Positions 1 to 10,241 of a DNA stretch of 64,000 nucleotides are shown piece by piece. The position numbers were made by a program, and so were the translations under genes. Below the pieces are notes generated by a model, which saw nothing but the letters and a program-made list of their open reading frames with translations, was not told the origin of the DNA and made no database searches. The stretch lies in assembly GCA_963667175.2 (NCBI GenBank), contig CAXXXF010000011.1, positions 1 to 64,000 on the forward strand, given 5' to 3'. How positions within the stretch are numbered: the stretch's first letter is position 1; each line of letters starts with the position of its first letter. Source of the stretch: Candidatus Latescibacterota bacterium (GTDB lineage Bacteria; Latescibacterota; UBA2968; GCA-2709665).

Positions 1-546
1 CGAGATGAAGCCTTTCAACTGTTGTGCGAACACACCAGGAATCCGAATCTGATCAAGCACATGCTGGCTGTCGAAGCCGCAATGCGAGCCTATGCGCGCC
101 GCTTCGGACACGACGAGGACCTTTGGGGCATCACGGGGCTGCTGCACGACTTTGACTACGAAAAACACCCGGACCCCAAGGAACATCCGATGGTGGGCGT
201 CGGCATCCTTTCGGAAAAGGGATATCCTCCGGAAGTCCTCCACGCCATCAAATCCCACGCCACCTATCTTGGCGTGCCCAGAGACTGTCTGCTCGACAAG
301 GCCCTGTTCGCCGTGGACGAACTCACCGGATTCATCGTGGCCGTTACGCTGATTCAGCCTTCCAGGAAACTGGCGGACCTGAAGACGTCGTCCGTACGCC
401 GGAAGCTGAAGCAGAAGGGATTCGCGCGGGCGGTCAGTCGGGAGGACGTCCGCGCCGGGGCATTGGAACTGGGGGTGGACCTGGACGAACACATTGCATT
501 CGTGCGCGATGCAATGGCCGGCATCGCTCGGGAATTGGGCCTGTAG
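1..546 (+). CDS. HD/HDIG-domain metal-dependent hydrolase (5' end probably outside window)
   Basis: H..., LLHDFD and VDEL motifs typical of HDIG family; frame is open to the window edge (RDEAFQLL). Confidence 0.85.
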   Translation, partial: RDEAFQLLCEHTRNPNLIKHMLAVEAAMRAYARRFGHDEDLWGITGLLHDFDYEKHPDPKEHPMVGVGILSEKGYPPEVLHAIKSHATYLGVPRDCLLDKALFAVDELTGFIVAVTLIQPSRKLADLKTSSVRRKLKQKGFARAVSREDVRAGALELGVDLDEHIAFVRDAMAGIARELGL

Positions 547-647
547 AAGAGGGACCGTGGCTCTCCGGGCCTGCCCGCGCCGATGTCACAGACAGGCCGC
601 GGGATCGCCAGAGGCGGCGGGCGCGGCCTCGAGGTCTCCCACACAGG

Positions 648-3600
648 CTACCTCTTCAACACGTACAGCACGCCGTCTTCGGATGCAGCGGCGATCTCCG
701 GGATGCCGTCACCGTCCGCGTCCGCCGCAGCCATCGTCAACAACGGCCCACCCGTCCTGAACCGCGCGACCGTCCGTCCGTCTTCGTTGGCGAGCAGGTG
801 TACCGCGCCATCCTCGGCGCCAGCGATGACCTCGGGTCTGCCGTCGCCGTCGAAATCACCCACGGCAATACAACGTACGACTTCCCCCAGGTCCGCCCGC
901 CAGACGAGGGTGCGTCCGTCGCCCTTGATCACGTACACGTTGAAACTCATCGATGACGCCACGACCTCGTCCAACCCATCGCCGTCCACGTCGGCCGTCA
1001 CGACCTGCGTCACCTCATCCCCCGTGTTGAATTGCCAGAGGAGTTCGCCGTCGGCGTTCAGGGTGTGGACATGCGTATCGGCCCCCGCGAAGATCACTTC
1101 CTTGCGTCCGTCGCCATCCAGGTCTCCCGTTGCGGCGGAGTTGGCCCGAGGGCCCGTGCGCGGATGGTAGGACCACCGGATCTCTCCGCTGCCGTCAATG
1201 CAGTGCCAGCGATGATATTCGGTTCCGGCAATCACCTCATCCCTGCCGTCGCCGTCTATGTCCGCCGCGCATCCGTGCGTGGAGGAGTGCACCGTCATCT
1301 GATACCAGATCAGCTTGCCATCGTGGGTGAACGCGTAGTATCGCCAGGACTCCGCCCCCGCGATCACCTCCAGTTTACCGTCCCCGTCGACGTCGCCGGC
1401 AAATACGGTTTTCAACATCGGCTTCCGGTAGTACAGAGGGATTTCATAGTCCCATTTCAACTCTCCCCGTGCGTTGAGCACGTAGACCTTCGTATCGGCA
1501 GACCCGGCAATCACCCTCGTCCCTCCGTCCCGAGCCAGGTCCGCCGCCCAGACGGACCGGACCTCGCCTCCAGTACGGAAACGCCAGAGCGCTTCACCGT
1601 CGCGCAGCGCGCAGACCGACCCGCCCCGGCCGCCCGCCACGAGTACGTCCGACCCGTCTCTCAGAAGATCAGACCCTTGCACCGAGAGGAACGGACCCTC
1701 CTTCCCGTACGCCCACAACGCCTTCAACCGGCCCACGCGACCCCGTCGCGGTCGGATCAGCGCCGGCTGAACCACTTTCGTGCGGACCGTACGGGTGGCC
1801 GCCTCTCGTAAGGCCGTCACGGCGTCCGGCGCCACGGTGAATCGATGGTTCCCCTTCCGCAACGCAAATGACACCATCCCGTCGGAAACCGACGCATCCA
1901 CGGGTTTTCCGTTGATAGTGACGCCTGACCGACCATCCGACCACAGACACATCCGCGTGGCCTGCCGGACCGTGGCGCGCCCCTCTCCCCGAACCGGATC
2001 GTACTCGACGGAAACCGGGCGCACCGATCTCAGCTGTACGCTGCCCCAGGAGACCCGTGTGCCGTCCACAATCGCAATCCTGGACGGAGACACCATAAAC
2101 TGCGTAGCGGCCACGGTGGGACCATCGGGAATTCCGACCGGAACATCGCTCTCCCCCACGCCGGCGAACATGACCTCCTCGCCCCCGTCGATCCGCACCG
2201 CCCCTTCGGCCAACTGCGCCAGTTTCAGGCGCCGCGTCGACGGCTCGCCGCCGCAGTACAGCAGATTGAAGAACCGGTACGTCTCGCCCGCCTTCAAACG
2301 AACGTCCACGATCTGCTGCAGAATCCGCACGACCGGTTCCGCGTGCGGATAGTCCGTCCAGTTTCTGCCGGTCTCGTGGTCGTCTTCGAGTTTAAGCGAC
2401 GGTCCCTTCAGTCCTTCGATATAGAACCGCTCCCCGTCCTGTTCCACCGCCAGTCCTCCGCCTCGCAACGTCACGTTGCCCAGCGTCTGCCATACGGCCC
2501 GGAAACCGTATTCGTCGTCGGACAGTGCTTCCATTTCGTCGATGACGAGGAAGAACCGGCCCCGGCGCCAGAGAACGTTGCGGTGCCAGTCCACCCCGCT
2601 ATAGTTGCGAAGCGTCGTCTCGGAAAAACCCGAACAACCGAAGTTCTCGGCGCGCTCGAGCTCGACAAACGGGGGGATTTCGGCGGACTGTCCATCCCTG
2701 AAAACCAGCACGCCGTTGTGAAATTTGGGCAGGGACTTGATATAGTCGCAGTCGGCCAGCCAGATCCGCCGCCGCTGCGTGACGCGGGATATCGAATTCC
2801 CGTCGTAGTGCTTGTGTCCTCCGTTGGAGAGTCCGTCGAGAAAGAGGTACTGCGACGTCGGATCGTACCCGTCTCTGAACACCACCTTGTCGAACGTCTT
2901 CTTCAGGGGAAGATGATCCTCGCCGCTGTTCGACGCGTAATACAAAGGGTCCACCGGAAACACCTGAGTCCCGTCCAGATCCGACGGTTCGACGGGGGTT
3001 ATCCGCCTGTGATATTCGTAAGCGGCAAATTGAGGCTCGACGGCCGTCTTCTTGTCCAGCATCCACTGATGCCGACCGTCCCCCAGCGCGAAAACCGCCG
3101 CACGAAGATACGGCAATTCGCTCCACCAGCCGAATGGCGACGCATTGTCTCCGTAGGGAAGCGCATAGCCCAGATTGTCCGTGGTCAGGATCGCGTAGTC
3201 CGCCGCCTTCCGGGCGCATCCATTCTCGAAAAACGTCATATCTCCGCTGGAGAGAGAATACCTGGTCAGGTGGTAGTGGGTCAGCCACTGATATCCACTG
3301 CAATCTTCGTGAGGTTTGAATGCCTTCGCCTGGAACCGGAAGCACTCGTCGGACAGCGCCAGCCAGGCGTCGGCCTCCGGCAATCCGTAGTATTTTCGAT
3401 AATAGGCGCCCGCGTAGTGCAGACCCAACGCGGCGAACGTGGTGTGGTTGTGCCTTACGTGGGGGACTTTCATATCGCCCACGTGGTCTACGCAGTCGCT
3501 AATGAACTCGAACAGGATCCGGGTAATCCGCAGCCGATCGTCCTCCGAGATGACCGGACTCTCCTCCACGAGGTCCCACCCCGGGATTACCTTGTGCAGG

Positions 3601-4346
3601 GCAAAATCCGCGTCGAATCCCCAGATGCCGCCGTAGTTGTCCGGATCGGACATCGCATGCCGGTACATGCGATAGACGAGGCGCTTATAGAGTTCGGCGT
3701 AGGCGTCGTTCCCCGTGAGCCCGTACAACAACCCCCGTTCTCCGATCCGGCTCCAGAGGCCCGTATGTTCGCCCCGGCGCAACGCCTCCTCGGCGGCCTC
3801 CATCTCCGAATCCACGTCCGGCACGTCTTCAAGTTTTGGAATCTTCAATGCGTCCGGCCCGAACCGGACGTCGAAACGAGGTCCCGTCGAAAGCGTCTTG
3901 TCCTCCGGTAACGACTGCAGGAACCGGCCGACCGCCGCGCGGACCCCTTCAAGGTCGCTGCCCAGCAGCCCCACCGCGTTCGTACCGTTCCCCCACGGGT
4001 CGTGAATGGTCTGCACGAGATATCCCCCGCGCCCCGGATACACATCGTCCGCGGGGGTGTAGTTGTAGGCGTAGAGACGGAGGACGACCCGGTTCGTATT
4101 CACGTTCCCGAGCAGAAGAAGATGCCCGTCCGGAGGCATCTTCGCTTCCGTATCCGTCGCCAGGGGGACATTCGCGCCCGACCGCTCGCGGATCCCGTCC
4201 CGCAGTTCGGAAGCCAGTTCCAGGTAGCGCGCGTCGTCAGGACAGACAATCGCGGATGCGGGTTCGCCTCGTTCCGCCAGCACCGTGTCCGGGTAGCGTT
4301 TCTTCGGCCGTTTCAGGTTCGGTAGGGCCTTCCTGTTGTCCGGCAT
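648..4346 (-). CDS. Large heparinase II/III-like (alpha/alpha + beta-sandwich) protein with C-terminal FG-GAP/PQQ-like beta-propeller repeats
   Basis: GHKHYDGNSI and HNGVLV motifs resemble heparinase II/III; repeated D(I/V/L)DGDG..EV(I/V) motifs at C-terminus. Confidence 0.7.
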   Translation of the reverse strand: MPDNRKALPNLKRPKKRYPDTVLAERGEPASAIVCPDDARYLELASELRDGIRERSGANVPLATDTEAKMPPDGHLLLLGNVNTNRVVLRLYAYNYTPADDVYPGRGGYLVQTIHDPWGNGTNAVGLLGSDLEGVRAAVGRFLQSLPEDKTLSTGPRFDVRFGPDALKIPKLEDVPDVDSEMEAAEEALRRGEHTGLWSRIGERGLLYGLTGNDAYAELYKRLVYRMYRHAMSDPDNYGGIWGFDADFALHKVIPGWDLVEESPVISEDDRLRITRILFEFISDCVDHVGDMKVPHVRHNHTTFAALGLHYAGAYYRKYYGLPEADAWLALSDECFRFQAKAFKPHEDCSGYQWLTHYHLTRYSLSSGDMTFFENGCARKAADYAILTTDNLGYALPYGDNASPFGWWSELPYLRAAVFALGDGRHQWMLDKKTAVEPQFAAYEYHRRITPVEPSDLDGTQVFPVDPLYYASNSGEDHLPLKKTFDKVVFRDGYDPTSQYLFLDGLSNGGHKHYDGNSISRVTQRRRIWLADCDYIKSLPKFHNGVLVFRDGQSAEIPPFVELERAENFGCSGFSETTLRNYSGVDWHRNVLWRRGRFFLVIDEMEALSDDEYGFRAVWQTLGNVTLRGGGLAVEQDGERFYIEGLKGPSLKLEDDHETGRNWTDYPHAEPVVRILQQIVDVRLKAGETYRFFNLLYCGGEPSTRRLKLAQLAEGAVRIDGGEEVMFAGVGESDVPVGIPDGPTVAATQFMVSPSRIAIVDGTRVSWGSVQLRSVRPVSVEYDPVRGEGRATVRQATRMCLWSDGRSGVTINGKPVDASVSDGMVSFALRKGNHRFTVAPDAVTALREAATRTVRTKVVQPALIRPRRGRVGRLKALWAYGKEGPFLSVQGSDLLRDGSDVLVAGGRGGSVCALRDGEALWRFRTGGEVRSVWAADLARDGGTRVIAGSADTKVYVLNARGELKWDYEIPLYYRKPMLKTVFAGDVDGDGKLEVIAGAESWRYYAFTHDGKLIWYQMTVHSSTHGCAADIDGDGRDEVIAGTEYHRWHCIDGSGEIRWSYHPRTGPRANSAATGDLDGDGRKEVIFAGADTHVHTLNADGELLWQFNTGDEVTQVVTADVDGDGLDEVVASSMSFNVYVIKGDGRTLVWRADLGEVVRCIAVGDFDGDGRPEVIAGAEDGAVHLLANEDGRTVARFRTGGPLLTMAAADADGDGIPEIAAASEDGVLYVLKR

Positions 4347-4376
4347 GGGTTCGTCCTCGCACACATTACGAAAGGT

Positions 4377-5096
4377 CTATATTTCAACGAATTTTTCAAA
4401 CAGTAACGTCCCGATCAGCAGAAAGACCAGGCCTGCAAGAAACGTGAACGCCATCAGCGCTGCGGCGGCAGACAGATACCCCTGTGCGGCGTCCATGAAG
4501 TCACCCGCCAGCGTCAGATAGATGACGGCGCATAGGACAAGTGAAGCGGCTCCCGCGAAACCTCTGAGACGTGCGGCCGTGTATTTGACGCCCTCCATGG
4601 TCGTTACGACGCCAAGCGACAAGACCAGACACGACGCCATAAAGCCCATGGCGGTTTCGAATACCCCGACCGGCGTTACGTCGATCTGATTCATTATCTG
4701 AAACACGACCGAAAGGGGCTCACGTTGGGCGACGAGAAAGATCCCGGTGCCCGCGATTGCGAAGAGCGCAAGGCCGAAGCTCAGCATCGCGACACATTTG
4801 CACAATGCCGTAAGGCCCGTGCGGACGGGAAGCGCGAACAGCAGATGGTTCGTATTGCCGCGCCACTCCCCTCTGAACGAAGATGCCAGCATGAATGGGG
4901 AAACAAACAGAACCGCCCACATGGGCAGCCAGGAAAGAAAAAGGCCGATCGTTTGATTCTCTACGGCAAGGAGAACCCAACCCTGCAATACGAGCGTGCC
5001 GGCGGCAAGCGCGCAGAAAGCGCCCCGGACGTCCCTTGCCTCCTTGACGTAGAGCGCGATGAACATCCTCATAACCGGCTTCCCCCGTTTGCTCAA
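4377..5096 (-). CDS. ABC-2 type transporter permease
   Basis: ~6 hydrophobic segments, EW..T..LLFALPV motif, overlaps the ABC ATPase gene. Confidence 0.7.
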   Translation of the reverse strand: MSKRGKPVMRMFIALYVKEARDVRGAFCALAAGTLVLQGWVLLAVENQTIGLFLSWLPMWAVLFVSPFMLASSFRGEWRGNTNHLLFALPVRTGLTALCKCVAMLSFGLALFAIAGTGIFLVAQREPLSVVFQIMNQIDVTPVGVFETAMGFMASCLVLSLGVVTTMEGVKYTAARLRGFAGAASLVLCAVIYLTLAGDFMDAAQGYLSAAAALMAFTFLAGLVFLLIGTLLFEKFVEI

Positions 5097-5782
5097 TCGA
5101 CGTACCGCGCGAAGATCTCGGACAAGGACTTCCCGTGGTCCCGTTGCAGTTGACTCGAACTGCCCGACGCGGGAATCTCTCCGTTGTGGAGAAAGACCAC
5201 GTCCTCGAGATAGGGCTCGACTTCCGATACGAGGTGCGTCGAAATCAGAATCGTCTGGTCCTCACGCCGGAACTCGTTGAAAAGACTGTCCAGAATGCGG
5301 GCGCGCGACGGCGGATCGATGCCCCCAAGCGGCTCGTCCATCAGCACCACTTCAGGGGACCACGAGAATGCGGAAACCACTTTCAGCCTTGCACGCTGCC
5401 CGCGCGAGAGGGCGCCCACCTTCCGGTCATTCGGCAGATTCATGAATTCGAGCAGTCGTTCTGCCTTCCGTGCGTCCCACGTGGGATGGAACGCCGAAAG
5501 GAATTTCAGCTGTTCGTCCACCCTCATCCAGGTATAGAACGGATCGATCTCGGGCAGATAGGACACCATTCGCTTTGTGGCGAACCCCGCGGGGATTTCC
5601 CCGATCAGCGCCCGCCCCCGCGTGGATCGCGTCACCCCGGCGAGAATCCGGAACAACGTGCTCTTCCCGCTTCCGTTCTCTCCCAACACGCCCAGCACCC
5701 TGCCGCGCGCCACCGTCAACGAGGCGCCCCTGAGCGCCCATGCGCCAGGATATCTCTTCCAGAGGTCTACGACGTCCACCAT
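5093..5782 (-). CDS. ABC transporter ATP-binding protein
   Basis: Walker A GENGSGKS, signature LSRGQ, Walker B VLMDEP, H-loop STH. Confidence 0.95.
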   Translation of the reverse strand: MVDVVDLWKRYPGAWALRGASLTVARGRVLGVLGENGSGKSTLFRILAGVTRSTRGRALIGEIPAGFATKRMVSYLPEIDPFYTWMRVDEQLKFLSAFHPTWDARKAERLLEFMNLPNDRKVGALSRGQRARLKVVSAFSWSPEVVLMDEPLGGIDPPSRARILDSLFNEFRREDQTILISTHLVSEVEPYLEDVVFLHNGEIPASGSSSQLQRDHGKSLSEIFARYVD

Positions 5783-5803
5783 CGGTGCAAATCCCCGGTA
5801 TAG

Positions 5804-5844
5804 AAAAAGGCCGCCCCGGTACCCAATCCAGAAACGGCCGTTTT
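5804..5844 (-). terminator. Possible intrinsic terminator after ferritin
   Basis: GGCCG..CGGCC imperfect stem followed by TTTTT on minus strand. Confidence 0.45.
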
Positions 5845-5875
5845 CAGATCGCCACCCGACTCACGCCAGCGGGAT

Positions 5876-6355
5876 TCAGCGCATATCGCGATCGATGAGA
5901 AACAGCCCGTATCGATCGTCGCCCACAAGCTCCAGCTTTTTCACGATGGCGCGAAGCCGGGCCTCTTCCTCCACCTGTTCGTTTACGAACCACTGCAGAA
6001 ACGTGTTGGTCGCGTGGGCGCGGTTCTTCATTGCCAGATCGACCAGATTGTCGATCCGTCCGCTGGCTTCCTGTTCCCGCCGGTACGCCTCCGAAATCGC
6101 GTCCAGGGGCGAACCCCAATCCGTCGGTGGTTCTGGAATGGGTTTGAATCCGACCGGCGCCTCCCGTTCGTGCAGGAATTCGTAGATCTTCATCGCGTGC
6201 GTCATCTCTCGCTGTGCCTGCTTGCCCATCCACCTGGCAAATCCATTCAGATTGACCGATTTGAAATAGGAGGACATGGCCAGGTAGGTATACCAGGCGA
6301 GGAATTCGCTGTTGATCTGCTCGTTCAGCGCTGACTGAATCTCCTTACTAAACAT
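5876..6355 (-). CDS. ftnA: Non-heme ferritin
   Basis: LNEQINSE, YLAMS, E..H, FLQWFVNEQVEEE ferroxidase motifs. Confidence 0.93.
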   Translation of the reverse strand: MFSKEIQSALNEQINSEFLAWYTYLAMSSYFKSVNLNGFARWMGKQAQREMTHAMKIYEFLHEREAPVGFKPIPEPPTDWGSPLDAISEAYRREQEASGRIDNLVDLAMKNRAHATNTFLQWFVNEQVEEEARLRAIVKKLELVGDDRYGLFLIDRDMR

Positions 6356-6536
6356 CTGCGCCCCCTGAGGGTTTCTTTAATGACGACATGCCAGGAGCGC
6401 CCCTTTCGCGGGCGCCCGACGCCCGAGTGATCCACGGGCGCAATCGTCTTTTCTCCTGTCTGCACACGTCCGCAACAGATGACGGAAGTTGCTCGCCCCC
6501 GGAACGTCGACCTGGCATGCGATGCGACTGCGACGT

Positions 6537-6890
6537 TTATTGGGGCGCCGGGACCTTGCAGCAACCCGGCAGACTCGCGTAGGCCGTGCTGTCGGCAGGG
6601 GCCTGATTCGCCTGATAGCCGGCCGCGGCGATGGCCCGTTCCATCGTGGCCGTATCGGTGCGCTTCGCGTCGTAGGTTACGCGAACAACCTTGACGTCCA
6701 TATCGACGTTCACCTCTGTCACGCCGTCAACCTTCTTCAAGGCCTCGTCAATGTTGTTTGCGCACATCATGCACTGCGCCGTGGGCACCTTGATTTTTGC
6801 CGTACGGGTTTCCGCCGTGGAACAGGCGGCGACTGCGAGCGTGCCGAAAGCGAGCGCGTAGCTGAGCGCGAGAGACATGATCTTGCGCAT
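6537..6890 (-). CDS. Exported heavy-metal-associated (HMA) domain protein, MerP/CopZ-like
   Basis: Signal peptide, CMMC metal motif, C-terminal LPGCC. Confidence 0.85.
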   Translation of the reverse strand: MRKIMSLALSYALAFGTLAVAACSTAETRTAKIKVPTAQCMMCANNIDEALKKVDGVTEVNVDMDVKVVRVTYDAKRTDTATMERAIAAAGYQANQAPADSTAYASLPGCCKVPAPQ

Positions 6891-6980
6891 GAATCAACCT
6901 CCTTGATAAAAGGGAACGTTAGGCGCACTCCCGTGATCTGACGTCCACAACTTCGAATATATGACAACACCCATCGATAA

Positions 6981-9900
6981 TCAACGCTCATCTTTCAACG
7001 ATCTGCCTTTCCACAACGCGTATACCGCGGGGATCACGATCAGCGTCAGCAACGCGGACGAGGCGACGCCGCCCACCATCGGCGCCGCGATGCGCTTCAT
7101 GGTCTGCGACCCGATTCCATGCCCCCACATAATGGGCAGCAGCCCAAGCAGCGTTGTCAGCACCGTCATCATTTTCGGCCTGACCCGTTCGACGGCGCCC
7201 GCGACAACCGCCCTCCGGAGGTCCGCGGCGTTCATATCACCTCCCCGCGCCGCGCGAATGCGATCGTACGCCTGATCCAGATAGACCAGCATAACCACGC
7301 CGGTTTCCGCCGCGAGGCCGCCGAGCGCGATGAAGCCGACGCCCACCGCAACGCTCATGTTGTAGTCCAGCAGGTACATCAGCCAGATGCCGCCCACCAT
7401 CGCGAACGGAAGGGACAGCATGACGATCAGGCTTTCCTGCACGTTCCTGAAATTGAGATACAACAACAGGAAGATGATTCCAAGCGTGAGCGGCACCACC
7501 AGTTTCAGCCGCTTTTCCGCCCGCTGCATGTACTCGTACTGACCGCTCCAGGAAACCGAATAGCCCGGCGGCAGGGCCACCTTCTCCAGTACCGTCTGTT
7601 GCGCACGTTTCACGTAGGTTCCGACGTCAATGCCCTGGATATCCACGTACACCCAGGCATTCAAACGCGCGTTCTCGCTTTTGATCCCGGGCGGGCCCTT
7701 CCTGATGCGGATATCGGCAAGTTGCCCGATCGGGATCTGGGCGCCCGTGGGCGTGGGAACCAGCACGCGCCGAAGCGCGGGCAGGTTGTCCCGCAGTTCT
7801 CGATCGTACCGGAGATTTACGGGATAGCGCTCCAGCCCCTCCACGGTTGTGGTGATGTTCTTCCCCCCCATCGCGAACATAATCACATCCTGGACGTCGC
7901 CAACGGTGAGCCCGTAACGGGCGGCCGCCTCGCGGTCGATCTCGAAATCCAGGTAGTTGCCGCCCGCGACCCGCTCCGCGAACACGCTCAGGGTACCCGG
8001 CAGATCGCGAATCACCGTCTCGATCCGTTCCCCCAGGCGCTGCAGCACCTCCAGGTCTTCACCCGCGACCTTGATGCCCACCGGCGTCTTGATGCCCGTG
8101 GACAGCATATCGATGCGCGTCTTGATCGGCATCGTCCACGAATTGGTCAGGCCGGGAAACTGGATCGCCTGGTTCAAACGCTCGATCAACTTTTCGGGCG
8201 TCATTCCGGGGCGCCACTCGCGCTCCGGTTTCAGTGTTATGGTGGTTTCTATCATGGCCAGCGGCGCCGGATCGGTCGCGGTTTCAGCCCGCCCGATCTT
8301 GCCGAAGACGTCCTGTACCTCGGGAAAAGCCTTGATGATCTTATCGGTCTGCTGAAGCAATTCGCGCGCCCTTGTCACCGATACCCCCGGCAGGGTGGTG
8401 GGCATATAGAGCAGGTCCCCCTCGTAAAGCGGCGGCATGAATTCCGACCCGATGCGTTGCAGCGGGAACAGCCGGTCCAATCTCACCAGGGCCCGGTACG
8501 CGAGGCTTTGCGGCGCGTCTGAAAACCGGTCGAGCACCAGGCTGCGGAACGGAAAGAGCGAAACCAGCAAAACGGCCGCCGCCAAACCCAGTGTGGCGGC
8601 CCGGTGCTTCAGGACCCACGCGATTACCGGTCGATACATCCAGATGAAGAACCTGCTGCTGGGATTGCGCGCTTCGGGACGGATCTTTCCCCGGACGAAA
8701 ACACTCACCAGCACGGGTACGATCGTGATCGCCAGCAGCGCCGCGGCGCCCATCGCGTAGGTCTTGGTATAGGCCAGCGGTTTGAACAGCCGGCCCTCCT
8801 GCTCCTGCAGGGCAAAGACGGGAAGAAAGGAAACCGTAATCATCAGCAGCGAGTAAAACAGCGCCGGACCGATCTCTTTCGAGGCGTCGACGATGATCTC
8901 CAGGCGCCCCTTCCTGCCGTTGTTCTGTTCCAGGTGTTTGTGGGCATTTTCTATCATCACGATCGACGCGTCGACCATGGCCCCGATAGCGACCGCAATC
9001 CCCCCCAACGACATGATATTGGAGTTCAGCCCCTGGGTGTGCATCACGCCGAACGAGATCAGCACGCCCGCGGACAGCGCGAAGACCGCGACAAACGCGC
9101 TTCGGAAATGCAGGAGAAACACGACGCAGACCAGCGCCACGACCGTCATTTCCTCGATCAGTTTGGTTCGCAGGTTGTCGATGGCGCCGCGAATCAACGC
9201 CGACCGGTCGTAGGCCGTCCGGATTGAAACGCCCTCGGGCAGACCCGGCTTGAGCGAGTCGATCTTCTCTTTTACCCGATCGATCACGGCAAGGGCGTTT
9301 TCGCCGTAGCGCATGACGACAATCCCGCCCACGACCTCGCCCTCTCCGTTCCATTCGGCAAGCCCGCGGCGCAATTCCGGCCCCAACCGCACGGTAGCGA
9401 CGTCTCCGACCCTGACGGGCGTTCCCCCGGCATCCACCCCCACCGCGATGTTCCGGATATCGTCGATAGAGCGGATATAACCGAGTCCGCGCACCATGAA
9501 CTCGGTTTCCCCGAACTCCACGGTCCGCCCGCCCACGTCATTGTTGCTCCGCCGAATCGCCGAACTCACCTTTTGCAGCGGAATATTGTATGCCAGCAGA
9601 CGGTTCGGGTCCACGGTGACCTGGTACTGCTTCACGTACCCCCCCACGGCTGCCACCTCGGCCACGCCCGGGACGCTGCTGAGTTCGTAACGCAGGTACC
9701 AGTCCTGGATGGAGCGCAATTCCGCCAGATCGCGACGTCCCGTACGGTCCACCAGCACGTATTCGTACACCCATCCTACCCCGGTCGCATCCGGGCCGAG
9801 CCGGGGCGCGACGCCGCGGGGCAATCGATTCGACACGGTGTTGAGCGCTTCCAGAACCCGGCTCCTTGCCCAGTACATGTCGGTGCCATCCTCGAAGATC

Positions 9901-10184
9901 ACGTAGACGAACGACAATCCGAAGAAGGAAAACCCTCGCACGGCCTTCGCATAGGGCACCGCCAGCATCGCCGAGGTGAGCGGGTACGTGACCTGGTCCT
10001 CCACGACCCGCGGCGCCTGGCCGGAAAAATCGGTCATCACAATGACCTGCACGTCCGACAGGTCCGGGATCGCATCCAGAGGCGTGTTCAGTATCGCATA
10101 GACGCCCCAGACGATCGCGAACACGGTGGCCGCGGCAATCAGAAACCGGTTCTGTAGACTGAGTTCAATAACTCGACCGATCAT
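6981..10184 (-). CDS. cusA: CusA/SilA family Cu(I)/Ag(I) RND efflux pump
   Basis: PLDAIPDLSDVQV, EFMPPLYEGD, LTNSWTMPIKTRIDML motifs; 1067 aa. Confidence 0.95.
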   Translation of the reverse strand: MIGRVIELSLQNRFLIAAATVFAIVWGVYAILNTPLDAIPDLSDVQVIVMTDFSGQAPRVVEDQVTYPLTSAMLAVPYAKAVRGFSFFGLSFVYVIFEDGTDMYWARSRVLEALNTVSNRLPRGVAPRLGPDATGVGWVYEYVLVDRTGRRDLAELRSIQDWYLRYELSSVPGVAEVAAVGGYVKQYQVTVDPNRLLAYNIPLQKVSSAIRRSNNDVGGRTVEFGETEFMVRGLGYIRSIDDIRNIAVGVDAGGTPVRVGDVATVRLGPELRRGLAEWNGEGEVVGGIVVMRYGENALAVIDRVKEKIDSLKPGLPEGVSIRTAYDRSALIRGAIDNLRTKLIEEMTVVALVCVVFLLHFRSAFVAVFALSAGVLISFGVMHTQGLNSNIMSLGGIAVAIGAMVDASIVMIENAHKHLEQNNGRKGRLEIIVDASKEIGPALFYSLLMITVSFLPVFALQEQEGRLFKPLAYTKTYAMGAAALLAITIVPVLVSVFVRGKIRPEARNPSSRFFIWMYRPVIAWVLKHRAATLGLAAAVLLVSLFPFRSLVLDRFSDAPQSLAYRALVRLDRLFPLQRIGSEFMPPLYEGDLLYMPTTLPGVSVTRARELLQQTDKIIKAFPEVQDVFGKIGRAETATDPAPLAMIETTITLKPEREWRPGMTPEKLIERLNQAIQFPGLTNSWTMPIKTRIDMLSTGIKTPVGIKVAGEDLEVLQRLGERIETVIRDLPGTLSVFAERVAGGNYLDFEIDREAAARYGLTVGDVQDVIMFAMGGKNITTTVEGLERYPVNLRYDRELRDNLPALRRVLVPTPTGAQIPIGQLADIRIRKGPPGIKSENARLNAWVYVDIQGIDVGTYVKRAQQTVLEKVALPPGYSVSWSGQYEYMQRAEKRLKLVVPLTLGIIFLLLYLNFRNVQESLIVMLSLPFAMVGGIWLMYLLDYNMSVAVGVGFIALGGLAAETGVVMLVYLDQAYDRIRAARGGDMNAADLRRAVVAGAVERVRPKMMTVLTTLLGLLPIMWGHGIGSQTMKRIAAPMVGGVASSALLTLIVIPAVYALWKGRSLKDER

Positions 10185-10241
10185 ACGTTGGCTCCTGGAG
10201 TTCTGTCCCGGAAATGGATCGCCTGGATCCGGGTCGTGACG

